NCBI GenBank assembly: GCA_964469965.1 | Contig: CAYYAM010000003.1 | Coordinates: 43,462-107,461, forward strand | Length of the DNA: 64,000 nt | Source: an uncultured Muribaculaceae bacterium | GTDB lineage: Bacteria > Bacteroidota > Bacteroidia > Bacteroidales > UBA932 | Direction: 5' to 3' | Shown: positions 41,288 through 52,600 of the stretch, one piece after another | Position numbering within the stretch: position 1 is the first letter of the stretch | Layout: the number at the start of each line of letters is the position of its first letter | Translations under genes and position numbers: made by a program | Notes under the pieces: generated by a model | Databases searched by the model: none | Seen by the model: the letters and a program-made list of their open reading frames with translations, nothing else | Told to the model about the DNA's origin: nothing

Positions 41288-43792
41288 ATGAAGTCATTAC
41301 CACTGATCCTTTTAGCGTTATTAATATCTCCCCTTACTAGGGTGGCAGCACAAGATACAACAAAAGCCAGAACAGCTGTTGTAGATTACAATAACCCCCA
41401 AAAATATATTGTAGGAGGCATACGGGTCTCCGGGATTAAGCATTTGAGCGAAGAGCAGATGCTCTCCTATACAGGGCTAAATATAGGGGATGAGATAACC
41501 GTTCCGAGTGACGAGTTATCATCAATGATTAGAAGAATTTGGTCGCAACGTTTCTTTTCTGATGTCTCATTCTTTATTGACTCGGTTGTTGGGAACAAAG
41601 CATTTTTAAACATCTATCTACAGGAGAGACCAAGGGTGTCCAGATGGGACTACGAGGGGGTAAGAAGTGGAGAGAAGAGCGATCTTAATGAGAGATTGAA
41701 GCTAAGAAGAGGAGGCGAACTCTCAGATTACGTGATATCTTCTTCGTCTGATATCATAAGAAGGTACTACATAGAGAAGGGATTTTTACAAACCGAGGTA
41801 ACAGCTCGTCAGGAGGACGATACACTTTTCACGAATACTGTTAAGGTGACATTTGTAGTTGACAGAAAAAGTAAGGTTAAGATAAAAAGGATCAACTTTG
41901 AAGGTAACGAGAGCGTCAAAGATTCGAAGTTGGCCTCAGCAATGAAGAAAACCAAAGATAGGCGCTTGAGGAATTTTTTCAGTAGCAAAAAATTCAACGA
42001 AAAAGAGTTTGAGAACGATAAACGTCTTCTACTTCAAAAATATAGCGAGAGAGGTTACAGAGATGCACGAATTGTTAAAGATTCCATTTTCTACCTCGCA
42101 GATGGAAGACTTGGAATAGATATAAAGATAGATGAAGGGAAGCAGTACTTTTTTAGAAATATCACATGGACCGGTAACTCCATCTACTCGGCAGAAGATT
42201 TAAACAGTGTTCTGAGAATAGGGAAAGGTGATATCTACGATGTTGTATCCATGGAGAAACGTCTTTTCGATGCAGAAGATGGAAACATTTCAAAGATGTA
42301 CAGAGATCAGGGTTATCTGTTTTTTAGAGTTATGCCTGTTGAAAAGGCGATTGTTGGCGACTCTGTAGACGTTGAGATGAGGATGTTTGAGGGGAAACCT
42401 GCTATTTTTAACAGAATAGTTATAAACGGCAACAATGTAACGAACGAGAGAGTTGCCAGAAGAGAACTCTTCACAAGACCCGGCTATCTATTTAGCCAGA
42501 CTGCTCTGGAGAGGTCCCTGAGAGAGCTTGCCTCTATGGGTCATTTTGACCCGGAAAAAATTATGTCTCCAACCGGTTACAGCATCGTTCCAAACGAGGC
42601 AGCAAATACCGTAGACATCACATACAATGTAGAGGAGAAATCTAACAGTCAGTTTGAGATTGCCGGAGGATGGGGAGGAAACACTTTTGTGGGTACTCTC
42701 GGAATCAGCTTCAACAACTTCTCTTTGAGAAAAGTTTCTGACAGAAAAGCATGGAGACCTGTTCCTTTAGGAGACGGGCAGCAGCTATCCGTAAGGTTTC
42801 AGACCAACGGAACATACTACACTGCTCTATCGGCCAGCTTTACGGAGCCATGGCTCTTTGGTAACAAACCAACATCATTCAGCTTCTCAACGTACTACAC
42901 AAGACAAACAAATTCATACTACTTCTACCAAAACACAGGACAGAGTATGGAGGTATTTGGTCTTGCCGCAGGTATAGGAACAAGATTAAAGTGGCCCGAT
43001 GACAGATTCGTTCTATATAACGAGTTAAGTGCACAAACATATAAACTTACCGATTGGCAATATTACTTCATATTTAAAGATGGTATATCCAATAACTTCA
43101 GCTGGAAAATCAGACTTCAGAGAAACTCAACCGACCAACCAATCTATCCAAGATCGGGCTCTGATTTTCAGTTCGGTTTACAGTTGACTCCGCCATACTC
43201 TTGGTTCAGATCTGCAGATACCGATTATAAAAACATGACGGATGCAAAGAAATATAAATGGATAGAGTATCATAAATGGACATTTAAGGCATCTACTTTT
43301 AACAGACTAGCCGGTGATCTTGTACTGATGACCAGAGCAAACTTTGGATATCTTGGCTACTATTCCAGAAAATTGGGCTACTCCCCATTTGAAGGATTTA
43401 TTCTTGGCGGTGATGGTATGTCGGGATATAACACATATGGTTCTGAAGTTGTGGGTTTGAGAGGTTATCCTAACAACTCTCTTACACCAAGGATAAATAA
43501 CAGTTATGCAGGGAATGTATATGATAAATTCACCCTTGAATTAAGATATCCTCTGGTACTTCAACCGCAATCCACTATCTACGCTTTGGTCTTCCTTGAA
43601 GGAGGTAACAGCTGGTCTGACATTAGAGATTTCAATCCATTCTCAATAAAGAGATCTGCCGGATTTGGAGTACGTGTTCTTCTTCCTATAGTTGGAATGT
43701 TGGGTATAGATTGGGGATATGGTTTCGATCCTGTAGAGGACAAGGCCAGAGGAGGAAGTAACTTCCACTTTGTAATTGGACAACAATTCTAA
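41288..43792 (+). CDS. bamA: Outer membrane protein assembly factor BamA (start re-called to MKSLPL)
   Basis: POTRA repeats, LRGY motif and C-terminal GQQF; TATCTTTG promoter at 41256-41263. Confidence 0.93.
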   Translation: MKSLPLILLALLISPLTRVAAQDTTKARTAVVDYNNPQKYIVGGIRVSGIKHLSEEQMLSYTGLNIGDEITVPSDELSSMIRRIWSQRFFSDVSFFIDSVVGNKAFLNIYLQERPRVSRWDYEGVRSGEKSDLNERLKLRRGGELSDYVISSSSDIIRRYYIEKGFLQTEVTARQEDDTLFTNTVKVTFVVDRKSKVKIKRINFEGNESVKDSKLASAMKKTKDRRLRNFFSSKKFNEKEFENDKRLLLQKYSERGYRDARIVKDSIFYLADGRLGIDIKIDEGKQYFFRNITWTGNSIYSAEDLNSVLRIGKGDIYDVVSMEKRLFDAEDGNISKMYRDQGYLFFRVMPVEKAIVGDSVDVEMRMFEGKPAIFNRIVINGNNVTNERVARRELFTRPGYLFSQTALERSLRELASMGHFDPEKIMSPTGYSIVPNEAANTVDITYNVEEKSNSQFEIAGGWGGNTFVGTLGISFNNFSLRKVSDRKAWRPVPLGDGQQLSVRFQTNGTYYTALSASFTEPWLFGNKPTSFSFSTYYTRQTNSYYFYQNTGQSMEVFGLAAGIGTRLKWPDDRFVLYNELSAQTYKLTDWQYYFIFKDGISNNFSWKIRLQRNSTDQPIYPRSGSDFQFGLQLTPPYSWFRSADTDYKNMTDAKKYKWIEYHKWTFKASTFNRLAGDLVLMTRANFGYLGYYSRKLGYSPFEGFILGGDGMSGYNTYGSEVVGLRGYPNNSLTPRINNSYAGNVYDKFTLELRYPLVLQPQSTIYALVFLEGGNSWSDIRDFNPFSIKRSAGFGVRVLLPIVGMLGIDWGYGFDPVEDKARGGSNFHFVIGQQF

Positions 43793-43829
43793 TAAAAGAG
43801 AACAATTCGAATAAATAAAGATTAGGGTC

Positions 43830-44345
43830 ATGAAAAAGCTAGTAACAATTGTGGCAATGATTACAGTAATGGCTGTAACTGCCTTGGCACAGACCGTGGG
43901 ATATGTTAATACAGAGACTATTCTTAGCAAAATCCCGGAGTATAATCAAGCCCAGCAACAGCTAGAGAGGCTTAAGAGCCAATACGACACTCAATTCCAG
44001 AGTGAGCTGAAAGTGATAGAGAACCTTTTTGCAAAATACCAACAGGAGAAGGCTCAGCTAAATGATATGCAGAGACAGATGAGAGAGAACGATATTATCT
44101 CAAGAGAGAGAACTCTAAAGGAGAGACAGATGGAGGTGTTTGGAAACGAAGGTGTTATGGCTGCAAGAAGCAAAGAGCTGCTTGAACCGATAAAGGATTT
44201 GGTGTTAAAGGCAGTTGAAAGTGTTGCAAAGGAGAGCGGAGTGGGTATGATATTTGATATATCTGCAACACAAGGAGTAATTTATAATGATCCCAAGGCA
44301 GACCTTACCAACAGGGTGCTTGATAAAATGGGACTAAACAGGTAA
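43830..44345 (+). CDS. skp: OmpH/Skp periplasmic chaperone
   Basis: Signal peptide, VGYVN, DLTNRVL; follows bamA. Confidence 0.88.
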   Translation: MKKLVTIVAMITVMAVTALAQTVGYVNTETILSKIPEYNQAQQQLERLKSQYDTQFQSELKVIENLFAKYQQEKAQLNDMQRQMRENDIISRERTLKERQMEVFGNEGVMAARSKELLEPIKDLVLKAVESVAKESGVGMIFDISATQGVIYNDPKADLTNRVLDKMGLNR

Positions 44346-44366
44346 ACCAAATAATAAAAAAATAGT

Positions 44367-44927
44367 ATGAAACATTTTTCAAAGATTCTTTTAGCTCTTT
44401 TCCTGCTGGTATCCTCTACCGGTTTTGCACAGTCGTTAAAATTTGGACATATCAATACACAGGAGCTGATATCTGTAATGCCCGAAAGAGACAGCGCATT
44501 GGTTAAGCTTGAAAAGCATGCCGATGAGCTTGAGGCCACTTTACAAGAGCTTCAGGGTGAGTTCCAATCAAAATTGAACACCTATCAGCAGAGACAGGCA
44601 ACCTGGACAGCAGCAATTCTAGAGGCAAGAACAAAAGAGCTGCAGGAGCTGGATGCGCGTATACAACAGTATCAACAAACCGCTTCTCAGGAGTATCAGC
44701 AGTTGCAACAGATGTTATTTACGCCAGTACTGCAAAAGGCAAACGAGACCATTACAAAAATAGGTAAAGAGAGAGGACTTATCTATATCTTCGATACGGC
44801 ATCGGGCACAATACCTTTTATCAATACAGATATTAGTGAAGATATATTGCCTCTGGCTAAAGCGGCTCTAAAAATTCCACTTGACAAAAAACCAATGCAA
44901 TTGGGCGGCGAAGCTCCTAAATTGTAA
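44367..44927 (+). CDS. skp: OmpH/Skp periplasmic chaperone (second paralog)
   Basis: Signal peptide, KFGHIN..MPE, YIFD. Confidence 0.88.
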   Translation: MKHFSKILLALFLLVSSTGFAQSLKFGHINTQELISVMPERDSALVKLEKHADELEATLQELQGEFQSKLNTYQQRQATWTAAILEARTKELQELDARIQQYQQTASQEYQQLQQMLFTPVLQKANETITKIGKERGLIYIFDTASGTIPFINTDISEDILPLAKAALKIPLDKKPMQLGGEAPKL

Positions 44928-44946
44928 CTTTTTTTTTAACTTTACT

Positions 44947-44975
44947 GTCGCTTCACTTCAGAAGCGACTTTTTTT
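44947..44975 (+). terminator. Intrinsic terminator ending the bamA-skp-skp transcript; abuts the murI start
   Basis: GTCGCTTC-acttca-GAAGCGAC stem followed by 7 T. Confidence 0.7.
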
Positions 44976-45821
44976 ATGTTCAAATCTACCGAAACTATAC
45001 CTGTTGGAATATTTGATTCGGGTGTCGGGGGTCTTTCTGTTTGGCGAGAGATGCTAAAACTTCTACCTGGAAACAGATTCTTTTACTTAGCAGACAGCGC
45101 CTATTGCCCTTATGGGCCAAAAACAAAGGAAGAGATAATTGAGAGAGCCGGAGCAATTACAAAATTCTTTATAGCACAAGGTGCAGAGGCCATTGTTGTT
45201 GCATGCAATACAGCAACCTCGGCGGCTATCGCAAGTTTGAGAGAGGAGTTTACAGTTCCTTTTATAGGAATGGAACCGGCAGTGAAACCGGCTGCATCCC
45301 TAACAAAAACAGGGGTTATAGGTGTTCTTGCAACAAAAGGGACACTAGAGGGAAAGATGTACAATAGCTCATTAAAAAAATATGCAAAAAACATAGAGGT
45401 TGTTCAGAGAGTGGGTAAAGGGCTGGTCCCATTGGTAGAGAAAGGAAAACTGGAGGGAGGTGAAACAGAGCGACTGTTAAAATCCTATATTTTACCTATG
45501 GTTGAGAGAGGAGCAGATCACATTGTATTGGGCTGTACGCACTACCCATTTTTAAAGGAGAGTATTCAAAAAATTGCAGGAGATGGGGTAACTTTGGTAG
45601 ACCCTGCTCCGGCAGTTGCAAGAAGGGTTTACAGCGTCGTTAAAGAGATCGCAGAGACCAAGGGCTACAGAGAGATTCCACTATCCGGCATAGACCTTTA
45701 CAAAAGCTGCTATTGCGATACTACCTTCTATTCCACAGGAGATATAACTGTTTTAAAGAATTTGGCCCGAAGCATAATTCCTCAAATCCCCGATAATCTG
45801 TTTCTTGAGATTGAGGTATAA
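44976..45821 (+). CDS. murI: Glutamate racemase
   Basis: FDSGVGG, PYG, VACNTA and LGCTHY. Confidence 0.95.
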   Translation: MFKSTETIPVGIFDSGVGGLSVWREMLKLLPGNRFFYLADSAYCPYGPKTKEEIIERAGAITKFFIAQGAEAIVVACNTATSAAIASLREEFTVPFIGMEPAVKPAASLTKTGVIGVLATKGTLEGKMYNSSLKKYAKNIEVVQRVGKGLVPLVEKGKLEGGETERLLKSYILPMVERGADHIVLGCTHYPFLKESIQKIAGDGVTLVDPAPAVARRVYSVVKEIAETKGYREIPLSGIDLYKSCYCDTTFYSTGDITVLKNLARSIIPQIPDNLFLEIEV

Positions 45822-45846
45822 CCGAACCTAATTAACAGAAAATACT

Positions 45847-48057
45847 ATGAAAACTGAACTACTTTTTTACCTTGTGCCGCTAGCATCCCTTGCCGCACTT
45901 GGTTTTGCCCGCTATTTCTTTAAAGAGATGATGAAGGAGAGCGAAGGCACTCAAAAAATGCAAGAGATTGCATCCTATGTAAGGCAGGGAGCTATGGCCT
46001 ATTTAAGGCAGCAATACCGGGTTGTATTCAAGGTCTTTATTGTACTGAGTCTATTCTTTGCTCTCCTGGCTTATGTTTTTGGAGTGCAAAATCCATGGGT
46101 GCCGGGTGCATTTTTAACCGGAGGTTTTTTCTCGGGACTTGCCGGCTTTATTGGAATGAAAACTGCTACCTATGCCTCTGCAAGAACTGCAAATGCCTCG
46201 AGACGCTCTCTCAACAGCGGTTTAAGAGTTGCATTCCGCTCAGGAGCGGTTATGGGGTTGGTGGTTGTAGGGCTGGGGTTATTGGACATCTCAGTTTGGT
46301 ATATAGTACTTAACTACTTTGTAGAAGAGATTAGTGATTCACAAAAGATGGTTGTAATTACAACCACTATGCTTACATTTGGAATGGGGGCGTCTACCCA
46401 AGCTCTATTTGCCAGAGTAGGAGGGGGAATCTATACAAAAGCAGCAGATGTAGGAGCCGATTTAGTGGGTAAAGTAGAGGCGGGTATACCCGAAGACGAC
46501 CCTAGAAATCCGGCAACAATTGCAGACAATGTAGGTGATAATGTAGGCGATGTTGCAGGAATGGGGGCAGACCTTTATGAATCTTATTGTGGGTCAATTC
46601 TTGCAACAGCAGCATTAGGGGCTTCGGCATTTTTTTTAGATCCTGCAATGCAGCTTAAAGCTGTTTTTGCCCCAATGTTAATTGCTGCAGTGGGAATAAT
46701 TCTATCTATAATAGGAATATTTATTGTAAGAACAGATGAAAAGGCAGGAATGAAAGAGCTTCTAAGATCGCTCGGAAAGGGTGTTAACGTAAGCTCAATT
46801 CTTATTGCACTTTCTACTTTTGGAATTCTCTATATTTTAAAACTGGATAATTGGGCAGGCATCTCTTGCTCTGTTATAACAGGTTTGGTAGCCGGAATAA
46901 TAATCGGTCAATCTACTGAATACTACACATCTCACTCTTATTCGCCAACAAAAAAGATCTCGCAAAGTGGTAACACAGGCCCTGCTACAGTTATAATAGC
47001 CGGGGTGGGTCAGGGTATGGTCTCTACTGCTATTCCAGTCTTCTCAATTGCAGCTGCAATAATACTGTCTTTTCTTTTTGCAATTAAATTTGATGTAGCC
47101 AATATGACTGAAGCATCTAACCTAAGTCTGGGGCTATACGGAATTGGAATTGCTGCAGTTGGGATGCTCTCAACTTTGGGAATAACACTGGCAACAGATG
47201 CTTATGGCCCTATTGCAGACAATGCCGGAGGAAATGCTCAGATGAGCGAATTGGAACCCGAAGTGAGAAAAAGAACCGATGTATTGGACGCTTTGGGTAA
47301 CACAACTGCAGCCACAGGCAAAGGATTTGCAATAGGTTCGGCAGCACTTACAGCTTTGGCCTTAATGGCCTCTTATTTAGAAGAGATTAAAATAGGACTT
47401 TCACATATTGGAATGACAACCTTGGAAATTGCCGGCAGAGTAGTTGCTGTCTCCGAAGCAACAATCCCCGACCTCATGGAGTATTATCAAGTGACTTTGA
47501 TGAATCCAAAAGTGTTGGCCGGAATATTTATAGGATCGGCAATGTCTTTCCTGTTTTGTGGGATGACAATGAATGCCGTAGGAAGAGCAGCGCAGAAGAT
47601 GGTAGAGGAGGTTAGAAGACAATTTAAGGAGATTGCGGGAATATTGGAGGGGAAAGCAACACCCGACTATGCAAAGTGTGTGGAGATATCTACAAAAGGG
47701 GCTCAGAGGGAGATGATGTTACCATCTATATTGGCTATAGTTGTACCGGTTATAACCGGAATCATCTTTGGAGTTGGAGGAGTGATGGGTCTGCTGGTTG
47801 GAGGGCTGGGAACCGGATTTGTTTTGGCTGTGTTTATGGCTAACGCCGGAGGTGCCTGGGATAATGCCAAAAAATATGTAGAGGAGGGTAATTTTGGAGG
47901 GAAAGGCTCCGATTGCCACAAAGCAAATATTGTTGGAGATACTGTAGGAGATCCTTTTAAAGATACATCGGGGCCATCATTAAATATTCTGATTAAACTT
48001 ATGAGCATGGTCTCCATTGTGATGGCCGGCCTTACAGTTGCGTTCAGCTTCATGTAA
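45847..48057 (+). CDS. hppA: K+-dependent membrane-integral pyrophosphatase, probably dual Na+/H+-translocating
   Basis: [26 protein letters not shown] and GNTTAA (Ala = K+-dependent); T91/F95/D147/M175 signature. Confidence 0.93.
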   Translation: MKTELLFYLVPLASLAALGFARYFFKEMMKESEGTQKMQEIASYVRQGAMAYLRQQYRVVFKVFIVLSLFFALLAYVFGVQNPWVPGAFLTGGFFSGLAGFIGMKTATYASARTANASRRSLNSGLRVAFRSGAVMGLVVVGLGLLDISVWYIVLNYFVEEISDSQKMVVITTTMLTFGMGASTQALFARVGGGIYTKAADVGADLVGKVEAGIPEDDPRNPATIADNVGDNVGDVAGMGADLYESYCGSILATAALGASAFFLDPAMQLKAVFAPMLIAAVGIILSIIGIFIVRTDEKAGMKELLRSLGKGVNVSSILIALSTFGILYILKLDNWAGISCSVITGLVAGIIIGQSTEYYTSHSYSPTKKISQSGNTGPATVIIAGVGQGMVSTAIPVFSIAAAIILSFLFAIKFDVANMTEASNLSLGLYGIGIAAVGMLSTLGITLATDAYGPIADNAGGNAQMSELEPEVRKRTDVLDALGNTTAATGKGFAIGSAALTALALMASYLEEIKIGLSHIGMTTLEIAGRVVAVSEATIPDLMEYYQVTLMNPKVLAGIFIGSAMSFLFCGMTMNAVGRAAQKMVEEVRRQFKEIAGILEGKATPDYAKCVEISTKGAQREMMLPSILAIVVPVITGIIFGVGGVMGLLVGGLGTGFVLAVFMANAGGAWDNAKKYVEEGNFGGKGSDCHKANIVGDTVGDPFKDTSGPSLNILIKLMSMVSIVMAGLTVAFSFM

Positions 48058-48098
48058 AAAAGAGGATGACCTATTTATATTGGTCATCCTCTACTTTT
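48056..48098. terminator. Bidirectional intrinsic terminator
   Basis: AGAGGATGACC / GGTCATCCTCT stem flanked by A- and T-rich runs, between convergent hppA and susD. Confidence 0.8.
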
Positions 48099-48111
48099 AA
48101 AAAACTATTTG

Positions 48112-49674
48112 TTACTTCTTAGCCCACCACAATCTGGTAGTGTACAGGTCACCTCCAATACTTGTTGCGGCTGCCTCTACATTGGCTTTATTGAGTGTAT
48201 ACTCATTACTGTCATATTTAAGGCGAGGAACAATATCGGTCCCGGTAGGATTGGCAACAACAAATGTAACTCCGTCGTTGGTTACCTCACCCGGTTTAAC
48301 TAGTGATTTAGGGTAAAGAGTTCTTCTATACTCGGCCCAAGCTTCAAACCCCTGTTGGAATAGGTGAATATACTTTTGTGTAAGTACCATCTCCTTTTTA
48401 CCCTCTGTGTTTGCAGCATCGAATCGTGCTAGTACTGCAGATATATACGCCTCATTGGATGGAGCTCCCCACTGTTCCAAAGAGGCACGAATACCCTGCT
48501 CAAAGAATGTTCTATCCCAATCGTAGGCCTCACTCTTCATAAAGCAAACTGTTGCATAGTCAAGAAATACCGACCAGAAGTTTGCTTGAATAATAAGAGG
48601 ATAAGGAGTTCGGGTTAAATTTATTACCGTTGCAGAGTTGGCTGCAACGAATGCTCCTGTCTGCGCATCGCTCATTCCGTAAGGGACACCTGTAATTCTG
48701 CCGGTTGAGTAATTTGCATCGCCAATATAGATTGGGAATCTTGGATCTTCTAGCCCTGCAAAAGGATTTACATAACCCTTATGAGTGTCGTTTACTCCCC
48801 TTAGGAGTCCAACAAATTGCTTAGTAAGAGTGAAGTCATTACGCTTACCTACAATGAATCCATTGTATAGAGGGGCCTCATTTGGTGCTCCAGCTCCGGA
48901 AAATTTAATTCTTGCAATGTCGGCATTAGATGTCATAACGCCTTCAGCAATAATAGCTTTGGCTGCAGCTTGCCAGTCCGATTTTACATTTGACATTCTG
49001 ATTACAAGACGGAGTCTTATGGAGTTACCAAATTTTATCCATTTATTTATATCTCCTCCAAAAATGACATCTCCCTGAACCCAACCTTTATTGGCACCTT
49101 TAAGAGCATCTACTGCACTTTTTGCATCTGCAAGCAGCTTAGGAAACAGTTCACTCTGCTTGTCGTATTTAGGTTGAACAATTTGTGAAGGCTTCCAAGC
49201 ATCTGTATATGGTACATCTCCAAAAGTTTCGGCCAGCAACTGAACAGACCAGATCTGCATTAGCTTTGCAGTAGCAACCTGTACGGCATTGTCTCCATAT
49301 GCACTCATATCGCCTTTGGTCTTATCGTTGGTATTCAGATTGATGATATCCTGGAAGCTTTGGTTTATGAAGTAGGTATTTCTGAAGAATCCATCTGTAA
49401 CCTCTTGTCTGAACAGATATCTGTCTTCCGATGTGTAGTTTCTCTGAGCCCAGTGTTGGCAAGCCAGATTAGACTGTCTTCCCGACCTCCAGACATCGTA
49501 AAGGTAATATCCCAGCTCTCTTTGAGCATATGTCATTATATATGGCGTAGGTACACTCGTTGTTGAGTTGGGGCTGGTGTTGATCTCTTCAAATTCTTTA
49601 TCGCACCCTGTAATAAGAACAGGAAGTGCCAAAAGAGCTATAAATAATTTTTTTATTGAGTTCATAAATAACAT
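48112..49674 (-). CDS. SusD/RagB-family nutrient-binding lipoprotein
   Basis: Lipobox ITGC; FGDVPYTDA, PKYD, EAWAEYRR and RLWW C-terminus; downstream of susC. Confidence 0.88.
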   Translation of the reverse strand: MLFMNSIKKLFIALLALPVLITGCDKEFEEINTSPNSTTSVPTPYIMTYAQRELGYYLYDVWRSGRQSNLACQHWAQRNYTSEDRYLFRQEVTDGFFRNTYFINQSFQDIINLNTNDKTKGDMSAYGDNAVQVATAKLMQIWSVQLLAETFGDVPYTDAWKPSQIVQPKYDKQSELFPKLLADAKSAVDALKGANKGWVQGDVIFGGDINKWIKFGNSIRLRLVIRMSNVKSDWQAAAKAIIAEGVMTSNADIARIKFSGAGAPNEAPLYNGFIVGKRNDFTLTKQFVGLLRGVNDTHKGYVNPFAGLEDPRFPIYIGDANYSTGRITGVPYGMSDAQTGAFVAANSATVINLTRTPYPLIIQANFWSVFLDYATVCFMKSEAYDWDRTFFEQGIRASLEQWGAPSNEAYISAVLARFDAANTEGKKEMVLTQKYIHLFQQGFEAWAEYRRTLYPKSLVKPGEVTNDGVTFVVANPTGTDIVPRLKYDSNEYTLNKANVEAAATSIGGDLYTTRLWWAKK

Positions 49675-49685
49675 CTCCTATTTAA

Positions 49686-52600
49686 TTAAAAGTTAAAGCT
49701 TACACTAAATCCGTAAGTTCTGGTAGAAGGTATATATCCACCTTCGATACCCTGGGCATTTGAACCTGCCATTTGCAGATATTCAGGGTCGAAGTGCTTA
49801 GTAGCAGCCCCGAAAATTGCCAGATTTCTGCCAAAGCCAGATACCCTTAATTGTTTAATAGGACCGGTCCATTTTGCAGGGAAAGTGTATCCCAATCTAA
49901 CTTCTCTAATCTTGATGTAATCTGTGTCAAACACGTTCTTCTCATCACATCTATCGTAGTGATATGCACCATAGTACTCTGCATTTAGTACTTTAGTGTT
50001 TTTTACCGGTGTAGTTACTGTTGCTCCTGCAGCGTCGGTGTAAAGGAATTTACCGGTTGCAGCATCATATTTTCCATAGTAGCTTTCAATTGTAAGCCCC
50101 TCTTCACGAATATCTTTTCCGTTAACCATAACGGTCTCTTCCAATAGTCCCGAGTACATACCCCACATATGAGAAGTATAGTACATTTTACCACCTCTCT
50201 GCATGTCAAGTAAAATACTAAAGTCTATACCTTTATATGTAAATGTATTTGTAAGACCGGCTGTAAAAGATGGGGTGGCATTACCAATATTTTTTATTGG
50301 AGTTGCTGCATAGTATCCGGTAGCCGGATTTATCAGCTTATTTCCGTCATTGTCATAAACAAATCCGGTTCCCCAGATAACAGGGTAGGAGGTCCCTACA
50401 AATGCTCCCGATTTTACCCTAAAAGGAGCATTCTGAAGGTTAAGATACGATAGACCCTCTGCAATCTCTTTAACTTTATTGTTCAGAGTTGCCATATTGA
50501 GCTGCATATCCCAGTTAAACTCTTTAGTCTTAATGGGCGTTAAGTTTAGAGTAAGTTCAACTCCGTTATTAGACATATGTCCCGAATTAATATACATACT
50601 TGCATAACCGGTAGCACCCGATACCATTACCGGAACAATCTGATCGTAGGTGTCTTTCTGGAAATATGAGATGTCGAAGCCAATTCTGTTGTCTACGAAT
50701 AGAGCTTCGAGACCAATCTCCCATGATTTGGTAGATTCCGACTTAAGATTAGGGTTAGACATGGTTGTTGGGGGGTTATACCTAGGATTACTTCCAAATG
50801 CCCCACCTGTAGAGGCGGCGTAGTACGACTCCAGATTGTAAGGATCGGTGTCATTACCCACTTGTGCCCATCCTGCTCTGAACTTTGCAAAGTTTAACCA
50901 ACCCAATGTTTTTAACGCATCTATAGAGGTTAAAACAGTACTCAGATTAACAGAAGGGTAGAAGTATGAGAGGTTCTCTGCAGGAAGTGTAGAAGACCAG
51001 TCATTACGAGCTGTTATATCCAAATAGAATATTTGGTTATAGTCGAAAGTTATGTTTCCGAATACCGAGTTGATTCTTTTGTGAGATTTGCTGTCGTATG
51101 CAGTTGCCTTTGTTTGTGAGTTTGATAGATTGTACAAATTAGGAATTACAAGTCCACCAACAGTAATACCACCTGTGCGCCATGTTTTTCTATCGGAGCT
51201 TGCAGCTCCCACCAGCGCAGAAATCCCCATTTTATCATCCATAAACCTGCGATTGAACTCAGCAAAGAACTCCGATGTAAGCTCCAGAGCTTCGCGATTA
51301 TCGAGGTAATACTCCGATGTGGCTTGAGAGCCAACGGCAAAACGCTCCTCCATTGAGAGGTTAAAGTAGTCAACTCCAACACGACCTGTGAATTTCATCC
51401 AGCTAAAAGGTTTGATTATCAGTCCTGTGTTTCCGTACAGACGATTTCTCCTGTCGTTTTGGTAGTTTTTGTATGCCGACCAGTATGGGTTGTCGGTGTA
51501 CATTGGAGTAGGGTCGTCGTAAGAAGACCTGTTCCATGTTCTTTGACTTCCATCGGGATTAAGATATGCCTTCATATCCTTATAATCTATCTGAGTCTGT
51601 GACCATTGCCACATCTTCTGGATAGGGTTTCTATCGCCATAACCTGTTTCCGGACGACCTACAGCGTTATTATTTACATAGTTAGCTGTTACCCAAGTCT
51701 CAAGATACTTGTTTAACCTTGTAGTTCCGTTAAAGCTTATAGTGTTTCTTTTTAGTTTACTGTTAGGAGTGATACCGGTAATGTCACTGTTTGTATAAGA
51801 TACTCTGAACGATCCGTCGTCTCCTGCTTTTGAGAATTGAATATTGTTGGTTAGGTTAATCCCATTCTCAAAAAAGCTTTTATAGTCGTTTTTAGGATAG
51901 ATCCATGGTCTCTCTACAAGATAGTTAGCAGTATCCCACTCGTCAAATGCATTCCAATGGAGCACTTTTATATTTGGATCATATTTAGGACCCCAGCTCT
52001 CGTCGGTGCCATAGTCAACCGTTCTATACGTTTTTCCACCGATTGTTGCGGTGAGGAATCCGTCAAGTGTTCCGGCTCCTTCGTATATAAAACCTCCTCC
52101 ATAATGTTTTTGAAGTTGAGGCATATATGCAGCTCTATCTACAGTTACCGAGGAGTTTACACTTACACCAAATGTTTTTGCTGCAAGTTTTGCTTTTTTA
52201 GTTGTTACCATCACAACACCGTTAGCTGCTCTTGAACCGTAGAGAGCCGAAGCAGAGGCCCCCTTAAGGACAGAGATAGACTCAATATCGTCTGGATTTA
52301 AATCTCCGGCAAGATTACCAAGGTCGTATCCACCTCCCCCGGTAGCTCCGTATGAGTAGTCTGCATTGCTTATAGGTATACCGTCAACAACAAACAATGG
52401 TTGGTTGTTTCCTGTTAATGAGGTATTTCCCCTTACATTAATTTTTGCTCCCCCTCCCATCTGTCCGCTGGCGGCCTTGATTTGAACACCGGCAACTCTA
52501 CCGGAGAGAGATGAGACAATATTGGCGGACCTCACTTTTTGAAGTTCGTCTCCTTTTACATTTTGAACTGCGTATCCTAGAGCTTTTTTCTCTCTTGAGA

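Noticed and set aside
38178-44927. Three OmpH/Skp paralogs within 7 kb
   Set aside because: Tandem skp genes after bamA and additional paralogs are normal in Bacteroidota.
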